From positions 117,179 to 181,178 of the forward strand of contig CBDBHE010000008.1 in assembly GCA_965205605.1 (NCBI GenBank): a stretch of 64,000 bases of DNA, read 5' to 3'. The notes below the pieces were generated by a model. The model was not told the origin of the DNA. It did not search any database and saw only the letters and a list, made by a program, of their open reading frames with translations. The position numbers were made by a program, and so were the translations under genes. The DNA comes from Spirochaetota bacterium. GTDB lineage: Bacteria; Spirochaetota; UBA12135; COTS27; CBDBHE01. Positions 51,818 through 62,092 of this stretch are shown here, in pieces (position 1 is the stretch's first letter; each line of letters opens with the position of its first letter).

Positions 51818-52552
51818 ATGAAAACAATAGCTTTAAAGGTTAGTGATTTGACAGTCTCTTATCGAGCTAAGCCTGCTTTATGGGATATTGACCTTAATAT
51901 TTTCAAGGGATCACTAACAGCGATTGTGGGTCCTAATGGAGCGGGAAAAAGCACTCTTTTAAAAGCAATTTTAGATCTTTTGCCTAAAACATCGGGTCAA
52001 ACACTTATTTTTGACCAACCTTATAAAAAACAAAAATTACAAGTAGGTTATATCCCTCAAAAAAGTAGTATTGATTGGGATTTTCCAGCCACAGTTTTTG
52101 ATGTGGTCTTAATGGGATCTTATGGAGAGCTTGGATTTTTTAAGATTCCTTCTAAAAAAAACAAACAAGAAGCGTTAGAAGCTTTAAAACAATTAGATCT
52201 TTTACCTTATAAAGATCATCAAATCAGTGAAATTTCAGGTGGACAACAACAAAGAACTTTTCTAGCAAGAGCTTTGATACAAAAGTGCAAAATCTATCTT
52301 ATGGATGAACCTTTTGCAGGAGTCGATGCAAAAACAGAAAAAACAATTATTGATATCTTTAAAGTAATGAAAAAAGAAGGGAAGACATTAATTGTGGTTC
52401 ATCATGATTTACAAACTTTAAAAAAGTATTTTGATCATGTTGTTTTTTTAAATACTAAAGTGATTGCAAGTGGTCCTATTAATCAAGTTTTAAATAAAAA
52501 AAATCTTAAAAAGACTTATCAAGGAAAAACGAATTTTCTCTACGATTTATAA
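51818..52552 (+). CDS. troB: Metal ABC transporter ATPase
   Basis: GPNGAGKST, DWDFP, ISGGQQQR, MDEPFAGVD, VHHDL. Confidence 0.92.
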   Translation: MKTIALKVSDLTVSYRAKPALWDIDLNIFKGSLTAIVGPNGAGKSTLLKAILDLLPKTSGQTLIFDQPYKKQKLQVGYIPQKSSIDWDFPATVFDVVLMGSYGELGFFKIPSKKNKQEALEALKQLDLLPYKDHQISEISGGQQQRTFLARALIQKCKIYLMDEPFAGVDAKTEKTIIDIFKVMKKEGKTLIVVHHDLQTLKKYFDHVVFLNTKVIASGPINQVLNKKNLKKTYQGKTNFLYDL

Positions 52553-52565
52553 TTTTGAATAACAA

Positions 52566-53708
52566 ATGAGCTTCTCTTTTTTTCAAGCCTTACAAGCACT
52601 TTATTTTGATCATACTTTTAGAGTCGTCACAGGTGGTTGTATGATTATAGGGTTTACTTGTGGATCGATTGGAACATTTGCTTATATAAAAAAACAAGGA
52701 ATGATTGGGGACGTGGTTTCTCATGCGACTTTACCAGGAGTGGCTTTAACTTTTTTAATTTTCAAAAATAAAAGCTTCATTACGATAGGAGCTATTTTAA
52801 GTGCTTTGATAGGGGTTTACCTTGTTCAATTTTTCATCTCTGAGACGAAAACAAAAGAAGATAGTGCTTTAGGCTTGATGCTTTCTGTTTTTTTTGGGGT
52901 TGGGATGGTGTTTCTTTCTATCGTCAATCAATTACCTTATGGTCAAAAAGCGGGGCTAAACCGATTTCTTTTTGGGATGGCTTCCACGATTACGACAACC
53001 GATATTTATAGAATGATTTTTTTAAGTATGGGTTGTTTTTCATGTGTTTTTTTATTTTGGAGAAAGCTTATTATTAGTAACTTTGACTTTAATTATGCCA
53101 AAACGATTGGAGTAAAAGCTGAAAAATTAAATACAATATTGATGTTAATTTTAACGGTAGCGATTGTGTCAGTTTTAGAAATTGTTGGGATTATATTGAC
53201 GACAGCTTTAATCATTGCTCCTGCTGTTGCTGCTAGACAATGGACTCATCGCATGGGTAAAGTATTTTTTTTAGCTGGTTTTATTGGTGGGTTTGCTAGT
53301 GCTTTGGGGGCTCTTATAAGCTCTCTTTATGCCATTCCTACAGGGCCTATTATTGCTTTGTTTGTTACTTTATTAGCTTTTTTTTCTATTGGATTTTCTC
53401 CTAAAAGAGGAATTGTTTTTAATACCTTTAGAAGAGCTAAACAAATGCAAACAGTGTATTTGGAAAAGACATTACTTGACCTAAAAATGCTTGCTAAAAA
53501 TCATCCTTCATCTAAAAAACACCCTCATCATAGAAAAGTCATTGAGTCGATGAATTCTTCAAATAAAAAAACTATAAAAAAAAATCTAAAAAAACTTAAA
53601 CAACTCAATTTAGTAGAAGAAGTGAAAAAAGATTATTGGGCTCTAACAAAAAAAGGGACTAAAAAAATAAGTCTTTTAGAAAACAAAATCTTTAATAAGA
53701 AAAATTAA
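52566..53708 (+). CDS. troC: Metal ABC permease with C-terminal winged-helix extension
   Basis: GDVVSHATLPG, KEDSALG, AARQWT, PTGP; tail ...WALTKKG. Confidence 0.88.
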   Translation: MSFSFFQALQALYFDHTFRVVTGGCMIIGFTCGSIGTFAYIKKQGMIGDVVSHATLPGVALTFLIFKNKSFITIGAILSALIGVYLVQFFISETKTKEDSALGLMLSVFFGVGMVFLSIVNQLPYGQKAGLNRFLFGMASTITTTDIYRMIFLSMGCFSCVFLFWRKLIISNFDFNYAKTIGVKAEKLNTILMLILTVAIVSVLEIVGIILTTALIIAPAVAARQWTHRMGKVFFLAGFIGGFASALGALISSLYAIPTGPIIALFVTLLAFFSIGFSPKRGIVFNTFRRAKQMQTVYLEKTLLDLKMLAKNHPSSKKHPHHRKVIESMNSSNKKTIKKNLKKLKQLNLVEEVKKDYWALTKKGTKKISLLENKIFNKKN

Positions 53709-53715
53709 ATGATAA

Positions 53716-54831
53716 ATGACAACGTTTTTAATTAATAGTTACATTTATTTAATTATATGGGCGACATCGTGTGCGTGTGCAGTGCTTGGGGTCTTTCTTG
53801 TTTTAAGAAGAATGGCTCTTGTTAGTGATGGGATTAGTCATTCGATACTTTTAGGGATTGTTGTTTTTGCTTTTTTATCTAAAAGCCTTAACTCTCCGCT
53901 ACTAATTATAGGAGCTGGACTTTCTGGGATTTTATTTTCTTTAATAATAGAGCTCTTAAGTAAAACAAAAATCATTAAAGAAGATAGTGCCATTGGAATT
54001 GTTTATCCTTTTTTCTTTAGTATTGCAATTATATTAATTAATGTTTTTGAAAAAAACACGCACCTTGATACCCATACAATCCTTATTGGAGACATTTCTT
54101 TTGCTGTTTTTGACCAATTATCTTTTTTTGGAAAATCGATAGGTCCCAAATCTTTTTATCTTTCTTTTTTTTTATTTCTTATTAATATAGGGTTTGTTTT
54201 GATATTTTATAAAGAGCTTAAAGTAGTTACTTTTGACCCACTGTTTGCAAAAAGCATTGGGATTAGTTTAATTTTTTTTCATTATACATTAATGAGTTTG
54301 GTATCTTTTACAGTCATTGGTGCGTTTAATGCTGTGGGGTCGATACTTGTGATTGCTTTTATTATAGGTCCACCTGCAAGTGCCTTTTTATTAACTAAAC
54401 GATTTAAGAACCTGCTAATATTAAGTATTGTTATTGCGATTGTAAGTTCGAGCATGGGGATTGCTTTGGCTTTTTTTTTAAAAAAAGTTTCTGTATCTGG
54501 GTGTGTGGCAATGAGTATAGGAATTTGTTTTTGTCTTTGTGCTTTTTTTTCTCCTTTATATGGGATTTTCTCACAAATGAAAAAAAGAAAGCATCAAGAA
54601 AAAGAATTTAAAAAACAAACTTTACTGATTCACTTATTAAATCATTATGGGAAAAAAGAAGCTTTCTTTGAAAATACGATTTCCAATTTAATCAAACATT
54701 TTAGATGGAAAGAAAAAACAGCGTATTATATTGTAAAAATAATGATAAAAGAAAAACTGATTACTCAAAAAAATAATGAAAATCTCTTTTTAACAAAAAA
54801 AGGGAAAGGCATCGCAAGTCAACTTAAATAA
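53716..54831 (+). CDS. troD: Metal ABC permease with C-terminal winged-helix extension
   Basis: DGISHSILLG, HLDTH, AFNAVGSILV; tail ...LFLTKKG. Confidence 0.88.
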   Translation: MTTFLINSYIYLIIWATSCACAVLGVFLVLRRMALVSDGISHSILLGIVVFAFLSKSLNSPLLIIGAGLSGILFSLIIELLSKTKIIKEDSAIGIVYPFFFSIAIILINVFEKNTHLDTHTILIGDISFAVFDQLSFFGKSIGPKSFYLSFFLFLINIGFVLIFYKELKVVTFDPLFAKSIGISLIFFHYTLMSLVSFTVIGAFNAVGSILVIAFIIGPPASAFLLTKRFKNLLILSIVIAIVSSSMGIALAFFLKKVSVSGCVAMSIGICFCLCAFFSPLYGIFSQMKKRKHQEKEFKKQTLLIHLLNHYGKKEAFFENTISNLIKHFRWKEKTAYYIVKIMIKEKLITQKNNENLFLTKKGKGIASQLK

Positions 54832-54996
54832 AGTTTTTTACAAAAGAAAGAGACTTATTTAAAAGAAATGAATATTTTCTTAGTATAAGTTTTAATAAAA
54901 TAAAAAATAAAAGCAGCTTCATTTGAAATATAGCTAAATTATTAACTATAATGAAAGAAAGCATTATGTTTTATGATAGGAAAAAAGGAGATAAAA

Positions 54997-56394
54997 ATGA
55001 GTGATTATAGAGTAGAAAAAGATACAATGGGAGAAATGAAGATCCCTAAAGAAAAATATTATGGTGCTCAAACAGCTAGATCACTGCTCAACTTTAAAAT
55101 AGGTCATGACCGAATGCCTAGAGAAATGATTAGAGCCTTTGGAATTTTAAAAAAAGCAGCGGCCATGACTAATGAAGAACTGAAAATTATTGAAACTTCG
55201 AAAGCAAAACTCATTATTAAGGCCTGCGAGGAAGTCATTGAAGGGAAGCTTGATGAACATTTTCCCTTAGTTATTTGGCAAACTGGAAGTGGGACTCAAA
55301 CCAACATGAACACAAATGAAGTGATCGCCAATAGAGCTATTGAAATCAGCGGTGGTGTTTTGGGGAGTAAAGATCTTGTGCATCCTAATGATGATGTCAA
55401 TAAAGCACAATCATCTAATGATACTTTCCCAACAGCAATGCATATTGCTGCTGGAGAACAAATTAATCATTCTCTACTAGTATCTTTAAAATCACTCAAA
55501 AAAACTTTAGATCAAAAAACAAATGATTTTAAAAACATTATCAAAATTGGACGAACTCACTTGATGGATGCTGTACCCCTGAGCTTGGGACAAGAGTTTT
55601 CAGGCTATGCCAAACAGTTGGAATATGCCATTAAAAGAATTGAGCTATCATCAAGTGATCTTTACAACCTTGCTTTAGGAGGAACAGCTGTAGGCACTGG
55701 TCTCAATACCCATGTGAAATTTGCAGAAAAAGCAGCCGAAAAAATTGCTCAAATTACAAAGCTTCCTTTTAAAACAGCTACCAATAAATTTGAAGCACTT
55801 GCTTGCCATGATCCGATTGTTTTTATGAGCGGAGCTTTAAAAACATTAGCTTGTTCACTCATGAAAATTGCCAATGATATTCGATGGCTGGCTTCTGGAC
55901 CTAGATGTGGTATTGGAGAAATAAGTATTCCTTCTAATGAACCTGGTAGCTCTATTATGCCCGGTAAAGTCAATCCGACTCAAAGCGAAGCGATAACAAT
56001 GGTTTGTGCTCAAGTGATTGGCAATGATACAGCCATTAATGTGGGAGGGGCTTCAGGTAATTTTGAGCTTAATGTATTTAAACCAATGCTTATTTTTAAT
56101 TTACTTAATTCTATTAGATTACTTTCAGATGCTTGTAAAACTTTTAATGAAAAATGTGTCATAGGCATCGAAGCAAATCAAAAAATGATCACAAAGTATT
56201 TAAATGAATCCTTAATGCTAGTCACTGCTTTAAATCCAATCATTGGCTATGACAATGCTGCCAAAGTAGCCAAAAAAGCATTTACAGAAAATATTACCCT
56301 TAAAGAATCTGCTTTAAAATTAAATTTATTAACAGAAGATGATTTTGAAAAACATGTTGACCCTAAAAAAATGCTAGGTCCTAATAAAAATTAG
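54997..56394 (+). CDS. fumC: Fumarate hydratase class II
   Basis: [38 protein letters not shown]; AAGGAG RBS before ATG 54997. Confidence 0.97.
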   Translation: MSDYRVEKDTMGEMKIPKEKYYGAQTARSLLNFKIGHDRMPREMIRAFGILKKAAAMTNEELKIIETSKAKLIIKACEEVIEGKLDEHFPLVIWQTGSGTQTNMNTNEVIANRAIEISGGVLGSKDLVHPNDDVNKAQSSNDTFPTAMHIAAGEQINHSLLVSLKSLKKTLDQKTNDFKNIIKIGRTHLMDAVPLSLGQEFSGYAKQLEYAIKRIELSSSDLYNLALGGTAVGTGLNTHVKFAEKAAEKIAQITKLPFKTATNKFEALACHDPIVFMSGALKTLACSLMKIANDIRWLASGPRCGIGEISIPSNEPGSSIMPGKVNPTQSEAITMVCAQVIGNDTAINVGGASGNFELNVFKPMLIFNLLNSIRLLSDACKTFNEKCVIGIEANQKMITKYLNESLMLVTALNPIIGYDNAAKVAKKAFTENITLKESALKLNLLTEDDFEKHVDPKKMLGPNKN

Positions 56395-56460
56395 CAAAAA
56401 ATCTTGCTTTTTGTAAAAAAAAATTTTATGATAAGTAAGCTGATTTTTTAGGAGTCTTTT

Positions 56461-57075
56461 ATGAATTTTACTTTTCCCAATTTACCATATGAATACAATG
56501 CTTTAGAACCTCACATTGATACTAAAACAATGGAGATTCACCATCAGAAGCATCATAAAACTTATTATGATAAGTTTGTAGCTGCCATTCAAGGGAGTGA
56601 TTTAGCAAATCAAAAAATTGAAAAAATTTTTTCAAATATCTCTAAACATTCAGTTGCCATTAGAAATAATGGTGGTGGTTACTATAATCACAATTTTTTT
56701 TGGAATTGTCTTTCTCCTAATGGAAGAGGAGGAAAAACTCCAGAAGGTGGTTTAAAAGAAGCTATCAATAAAAAATTTAATTCGTATGACTTTTTTAAAG
56801 ATCAATGGACTCAAAAAGCCATCAGTCGATTTGGCTCAGGATTTGTTTGGCTTATTTTAAATGAATCTAAAGAATTAGAAATCACCTCAACCCCTAACCA
56901 AGACAACCCCCTTATGGATATCGCTAAAGAAAAAGGACAGCCTCTACTTGCTTTAGATCTTTGGGAACATGCTTACTACTTAAACTATCAAAACAAAAGA
57001 CCTCAATACATTAATGCCTTTTGGAATATTATTAATTGGAATTGGGTTCAAAAACAATATAGTTCTTTTAGCTAA
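56461..57075 (+). CDS. sodA: Superoxide dismutase, Mn-type signature
   Basis: HHQKHH, NNGGG, TPNQDNP, DLWEHAYY. Confidence 0.9.
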   Translation: MNFTFPNLPYEYNALEPHIDTKTMEIHHQKHHKTYYDKFVAAIQGSDLANQKIEKIFSNISKHSVAIRNNGGGYYNHNFFWNCLSPNGRGGKTPEGGLKEAINKKFNSYDFFKDQWTQKAISRFGSGFVWLILNESKELEITSTPNQDNPLMDIAKEKGQPLLALDLWEHAYYLNYQNKRPQYINAFWNIINWNWVQKQYSSFS

Positions 57076-57213
57076 AAAAAACATTTTCCCCTATCTTCTT
57101 TCTTTTTTTTATATTTTTTTAAAAAATTAAAAAAATATAAAAAAAATAACACATAATAGTAAATAGTATAAAAATTGTTTTATAAATATTTATAAAGCAA
57201 TAAATAATCCCAT

Positions 57214-58137
57214 ATGGAAAAAAATAACTCAAAAAAAATACTAATTGCTTTATCAATTCCGTTTAGTTTTCTTTTTACTAATTTTTTAATTATTTTACAT
57301 TCACAAATAATTCTTAGAATTCCTATTGAATGGAAACACTTTATATTACCTTCTGTAGTTGGACTTTTATACTCTGTTATTTTAATTTTTTTTAGAGTCT
57401 TTTACAAAAAAACCTTTAAAGAAAAAAAAAATGATGAAATGAATATTTTTACTATAATGGCTGTGCATGATCTAAAGTGTTCTTTATCAGGGATTTGTAG
57501 TTTAGTAGAGCTCATTAAAGAAAATAAGAAAAAAAAAGATTCTGATGATGAATTAATTAAAATGATTCAATCTACAGCAAAAGACACTTTAAAAAAAATT
57601 GAAGACATTTTAAATATGATCAAACACCAAAAAAATAATATTAAAAAGAAAGAAAAAGTGAACAATCCATATAACGATATTAATAAATATATTGATATTT
57701 TCAAAAAAAGAGCAAAACACAGCGGGATCTTAATAACACGAAAAATAGACAAAGACTTGCCTTCTGCAAAATATAATGGAAGCCTTTTAAAAGATATTCT
57801 TTCTAATCTCATTGGAAATGCGATTAAATATTCTAATCCTGGATCTAGAATTACAATATCTACAAAAATTATTGATAACGTTTTTATAAAAATCAACGTT
57901 GAAGACAACGGACAAGGACTCACACAAGATGATGTTAAAAAAGCCTTTAATCAATTTCAAAAATTAAGTGCAAAACCTACTAATGAAGAAAAATCAACCG
58001 GCTTAGGTCTTTGGATTACCAAGAAGCTAACAAATAAAATGGGGGGTGATGTTGATGTTTTTTCTCTAGGCCTTAAGCAGGGTGCTTGTTTCTCTTTTAC
58101 ACTTCCAATTATAAAAGAAAAAAAAAAATTAAAATAA
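57214..58137 (+). CDS. Orphan membrane sensor histidine kinase
   Basis: 2 TM segments, VHDLK, NLIGNAIKY, DNGQG, STGLGL. Confidence 0.9.
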   Translation: MEKNNSKKILIALSIPFSFLFTNFLIILHSQIILRIPIEWKHFILPSVVGLLYSVILIFFRVFYKKTFKEKKNDEMNIFTIMAVHDLKCSLSGICSLVELIKENKKKKDSDDELIKMIQSTAKDTLKKIEDILNMIKHQKNNIKKKEKVNNPYNDINKYIDIFKKRAKHSGILITRKIDKDLPSAKYNGSLLKDILSNLIGNAIKYSNPGSRITISTKIIDNVFIKINVEDNGQGLTQDDVKKAFNQFQKLSAKPTNEEKSTGLGLWITKKLTNKMGGDVDVFSLGLKQGACFSFTLPIIKEKKKLK

Positions 58138-58542
58138 GTCAATATTTTTATTATCTATCTTAGGAAAGCCTTTTGGATTTCTTAAAATTTCTGAAAATAA
58201 AAAAACTTTTTTCCAACCAAAATTTTTATCTAATAAAAAAGAACTCTTTTTTTTTTGATGAATCACTTGATTCACAATCTTCTTATTAGGTTGATTTGAT
58301 TTATCAGCATCAGAAATAATGGGTTTTTTTTGATTTGTTTCATTTGAAAAAGATAAGTTGACTTGGTTATTTTTGTCTACTTTAAAAGATGTATTTTGGT
58401 TTTCTAAATAAGAATCATCAATAGAAGAAGTTTTTTCTTCAAAATCAATTTTGCGATCGGGATCAATAGAAAATTTTTTATAAATTTGATAAATAAATTG
58501 AAGGATTAAAGCAATAAGAATAACAATAGATTCAAAGTTCAC
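58129..58542 (-). CDS. Hypothetical protein downstream of floA (YqfB-like position)
   Basis: N-terminal TM segment; C-terminal FLFSEILRNPK. Confidence 0.6.
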   Translation of the reverse strand: MNFESIVILIALILQFIYQIYKKFSIDPDRKIDFEEKTSSIDDSYLENQNTSFKVDKNNQVNLSFSNETNQKKPIISDADKSNQPNKKIVNQVIHQKKKSSFLLDKNFGWKKVFLFSEILRNPKGFPKIDNKNIDLF

Positions 58543-58574
58543 CGTCGTTGTTCTGTTCTTTTATTTATTTATAC

Positions 58575-59552
58575 TTATTTGATCTCATTATCATCTTCAG
58601 AAGCAATTGACTGCCTCATATCTGTATCTGCTTTAACATTATTAAGACGATAATAATCCATAATTCCTAGTTGCCCTTTTTCAAAAGCCTTAGCAATAGA
58701 TTTAGGGATATCTGCTTCTGCTTTAACCACTAAAGCTTTCATTTCTTGTTCTAAAGCGATAGCCATTACTCTTTTTTCTTCTGCCTTTGCTTGAGCAATG
58801 ATTTTATCAGCTTCTGCTTGATCTGTTTGTAGTACCGCTCCAATATTTTTACCAATATCTACATCTGCAATATCAATGGATAAAATTTCAAAAGCTGTTC
58901 CAGCATCAAGTCCTTTCTTAAGAACAGTCTTAGAAATACTATCAGGATTTTCCAAAACTTCTTTATGGTTATTTGAAGAACCAATTGTTGACACGATTCC
59001 TTCCCCTACTCTAGCAAGGATGGTTTCTTCCCCTGCTCCACCAACAAGTCGATCGAGATTAGTCCTAACGGTAATACGAGCTAAAGCGATGACTTGAATA
59101 CCATCTTTAGCAACAGCTGCAATTTTAGGTGTTTCAATAATTCTAGGGACAACGGAAGTATTAATCGCTTCTAAAATATTTCTACCTGCCAAATCAATTG
59201 CTCTAGCTCTAGAAGAATTTAAATTTAACTTCGCTCGATTTGCTGAAATAAGAGCTAAAACTAAATTTTCAAGTCGATGCCCTACATTAGGGTCTCGAGA
59301 ACCAATCGATAAATAATGGGCTTCTAAATCATTTAAGGTGATATCTTTCAAATCAGATTTTACCGCTGATATATAAGGGCGTACAACAAAAGTAGGGTTC
59401 ATTCCTCTTAGTCTCATACCAATAAGACGAAAAATGCTCACCCATGCTCCAGAAAAAAAAGCTTCTATCCAAAGCTTAACGGGAACAAAATGAAAAAAGA
59501 AGAAAATAAGAACAAGAACAATAGAAGAAATAAAAAGAATTGGATAAAACAT
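58575..59552 (-). CDS. floA: Flotillin-like protein FloA (YqfA)
   Basis: [42 protein letters not shown]. Confidence 0.95.
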   Translation of the reverse strand: MFYPILFISSIVLVLIFFFFHFVPVKLWIEAFFSGAWVSIFRLIGMRLRGMNPTFVVRPYISAVKSDLKDITLNDLEAHYLSIGSRDPNVGHRLENLVLALISANRAKLNLNSSRARAIDLAGRNILEAINTSVVPRIIETPKIAAVAKDGIQVIALARITVRTNLDRLVGGAGEETILARVGEGIVSTIGSSNNHKEVLENPDSISKTVLKKGLDAGTAFEILSIDIADVDIGKNIGAVLQTDQAEADKIIAQAKAEEKRVMAIALEQEMKALVVKAEADIPKSIAKAFEKGQLGIMDYYRLNNVKADTDMRQSIASEDDNEIK

Positions 59553-59584
59553 ATTTTAAATTGTATCAAAAAAAAAAAAAAAAA

Positions 59585-61102
59585 TCAATAAAGTTCAACA
59601 ATAATTTTATTTTCAGAAAAATCAATCACCACAACTTTCTTCCCTTTTTCTAAATACACCCCTTTGGAAACCACATCCCAAACTTTTTTATTAAATAACA
59701 TCTTCCCAGCAGGTCTAAGAGCTGTTTGAGTCACTCCAATGACTCCTTTTTTTAAGATGACTTCTTTCTGTTTTTTTTGACTTAAAAGCGAAGATTTCAT
59801 CTCTTTTTTCGCTACCCCACCCAATTGTCTATTTCCAAGTATTAATCCAAAAGAAGGCATCACTTTTTTCACTACTCCATCCCTTTGTCTACTGGTAAGC
59901 ATCAATCCGAAAGGAAGCACTTTAGAAAGTTTTACCATCAAATAAACCAAAATAATAAAAACAGGAATACTAATTAAAAAAGAACCTAATACCATCGTAA
60001 CACCTTCTTTAAAAACAAAAAACTCCAACGGATTACTTGGAATCGTAAAAGATTGCATCATTAATATAAGCGAAAATAATAGAAAAAAAATTCCTAAAAT
60101 CCCAAAAAATCCAAATCCAGGTAAAACAAAAATTTCCACAGAAATCAACCCAATCGATACAAGCAATAAAGCAAATTCATAATAATTAGCAAGCTCAACA
60201 ATATAATTTAAAAGAAAAAAAATTGAAAAAGAAAGAATCGCAATAATCCCATAAAAACCAAACCCAGAAGATTTGACTTCTAAATAAATTCCAGCAAGTC
60301 CAATTAAAATAAAAAGCCATAAGTAATTTGCCAAAGCAAAATAAATTTTTTCTGAATTAGCTAAATTTATTTTAATTATCTCCTCTCCTTCTTTTATTAA
60401 TTCTTCAACACCCAAAACAGTTTTTTTTGAAAACCCAAAATCTTTAGCCTCACTATCACTCATCGTAAGAAGCTCTCCTTTAGAAATAATTGTTTTTTTA
60501 GAAACAATCTTTTTTCTTCTAGAAGAATTGAGATCTTTTAACTCAATTTCTGTTAACATTTCTTTTTTTCCATTATTCCAAGTAATTTCTATTACTTCTT
60601 TATCAAGGCTAACCATCGCTTCAGAAAGCTTAATGGGATATCCGTTTTTTTTAGCAAGAGCTCGGAATTTAGCTCTAAGAGGAGATTGGAATTTTTCTCC
60701 CATCATTTTAGGCCCCCCTTGTCCCATCATAATAGGAGCACAATCACCTATAGTTGTATTTGGCATCATGTAGATTTGATGACAAGAAAGAGCAATCAAA
60801 GCCCCTGCTGAAATTGCTTTTTCATTGACTAGAGCAATTGTTTTAAATTTAAGACTTGAAATGAGTTCTACAATTTTATAAGCAGCATCTAATCGGCCCC
60901 CAAAAGTATTGATTTCAAAAATAATTTGAGATGGTTTTAAATTAATGGCATCCTCACTAGCTCTTTTCAAGTATTTATAAATACCTGCATTAATTTCCCC
61001 TTCAAAAGGAATAACAACTGTCTTAGAATATAGAAAATTAAATAAAAAAATTGAAATAAATGTCAAAAATATTTTTTTCATACAAATTAAATTCAAACCC
61101 AA
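59585..61102 (-). CDS. NfeD-family membrane serine protease (long form)
   Basis: INTFGG, AISAGALI, GELLT, EIFVLPGFG, TALRPAG; upstream of floA. Confidence 0.9.
   Translation of the reverse strand: MGLNLICMKKIFLTFISIFLFNFLYSKTVVIPFEGEINAGIYKYLKRASEDAINLKPSQIIFEINTFGGRLDAAYKIVELISSLKFKTIALVNEKAISAGALIALSCHQIYMMPNTTIGDCAPIMMGQGGPKMMGEKFQSPLRAKFRALAKKNGYPIKLSEAMVSLDKEVIEITWNNGKKEMLTEIELKDLNSSRRKKIVSKKTIISKGELLTMSDSEAKDFGFSKKTVLGVEELIKEGEEIIKINLANSEKIYFALANYLWLFILIGLAGIYLEVKSSGFGFYGIIAILSFSIFFLLNYIVELANYYEFALLLVSIGLISVEIFVLPGFGFFGILGIFFLLFSLILMMQSFTIPSNPLEFFVFKEGVTMVLGSFLISIPVFIILVYLMVKLSKVLPFGLMLTSRQRDGVVKKVMPSFGLILGNRQLGGVAKKEMKSSLLSQKKQKEVILKKGVIGVTQTALRPAGKMLFNKKVWDVVSKGVYLEKGKKVVVIDFSENKIIVELY
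59798..59917 (-). repeat. Diverged in-frame tandem duplication, 2 x 60 bp
   Basis: LPFGLMLTSRQRDGVVKKVM / PSFGLILGNRQLGGVAKKEM; 45 of 60 nt identical by hand count. Confidence 0.85.
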
Positions 61103-61494
61103 TACCCTATTTTATTTAAATAATATTCTTTTTTCCAAATAGGAACTCTTTTTTTTATTTCATCCATAATATACACGCAAGCCTCAAAAGCATTCCTTCT
61201 ATGTTTTGCAATCACCCCTACCCACACAGAAGTTTCTCCAAGAGCAACAATCCCCAAACGATGAACACATTTTACTTCTAAAATAAAAAATTTATTTTTT
61301 ACTTCTTGTAAAATAGAGTTTCCTTCTTTTTCAGCAAGTGGAACATAGGATTGATACTCAAGTTGAGTCACTTTTTTTTTAAGTCCATCTTCTCTAACAC
61401 ATCCTTCAAAAAAAACTTTTGCTCCCCCCCCAGTGTTTTTTAAATGAAAACTCAAATCGTTGGTTTGAAGAATTTTTTTTGAAAAGTAAAACAT
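61093..61494 (-). CDS. moaE: Molybdopterin synthase catalytic subunit
   Basis: GAKVFFEGCVR, HRLG, HRRNAF, KKRVPIWKKE. Confidence 0.92.
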   Translation of the reverse strand: MFYFSKKILQTNDLSFHLKNTGGGAKVFFEGCVREDGLKKKVTQLEYQSYVPLAEKEGNSILQEVKNKFFILEVKCVHRLGIVALGETSVWVGVIAKHRRNAFEACVYIMDEIKKRVPIWKKEYYLNKIGYWV

Positions 61495-61538
61495 ATACTA
61501 TCACCCCATGATTTTAATACCTTACATCAATAAATTTA

Positions 61539-62092
61539 TTATGTATTTTTAAAATTAACAATTCCTAAATAAGCTAAAAAAGATAAATTAACAAACAAAA
61601 GAGGTGCAAAAATAGGGGTTCCATAAATAAAGCGATTAACATTAAAGAAGTATGACTTTACGTAAGATTAGCAACTAAATGAAATCCAAAGCCTAAAATC
61701 CCAATAACAATTTGAAGTCATAAAATAAAAAAAATTATTTTTTCAAAAACAAAATCCATTCTTGAAAAAAAATAAGGGATCAAAAATCCAACCATAAAAG
61801 CACTACTCACAACAAGAATCCATTCTGTTTTATAAAAAAAAACCATTTTGAGCATGAGCCAATAAAGAAAGAATCAAATTACCTACAAAACCTAAAAAAA
61901 CAAGAAAAACAACTTCCTTAGCCCACATCAAGTCTTCTGCTTTTATCAAGCGGTTAACTAAATATAAAAACCCTATCCCCACATAAGCCCCACGAGCAAT
62001 AAAAAAAGCTAAATACACTAAATTTTAATAGCAAATTCTTTAAAAAAATGACTTTTTAAATGAAAAAAAATTCCTAAAATCCCAATCAAAAC
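61539..62092 (-). pseudogene. 3' remnant of a polytopic membrane protein partnering the cytochrome
   Basis: GILGIFFHL, GNLILSLLAHAQNGFF, TEW, GILGFGFHL, NRFIYGTPIFAPLLF in shifting frames with stops. Confidence 0.65.

Noticed and set aside
57104-57145. 19-bp-arm inverted repeat after sodA
   Set aside because: Purely A/T homopolymer arms; may be a weak terminator but cannot be told from chance.
670-60773. Short overlapping ORFs (e.g. 670, 3427, 4287, 6164, 13646, 23619, 28689, 41826, 44268, 55749, 57567, 58876, 60528)
   Set aside because: Antisense or off-frame within well-supported genes, with no motifs.
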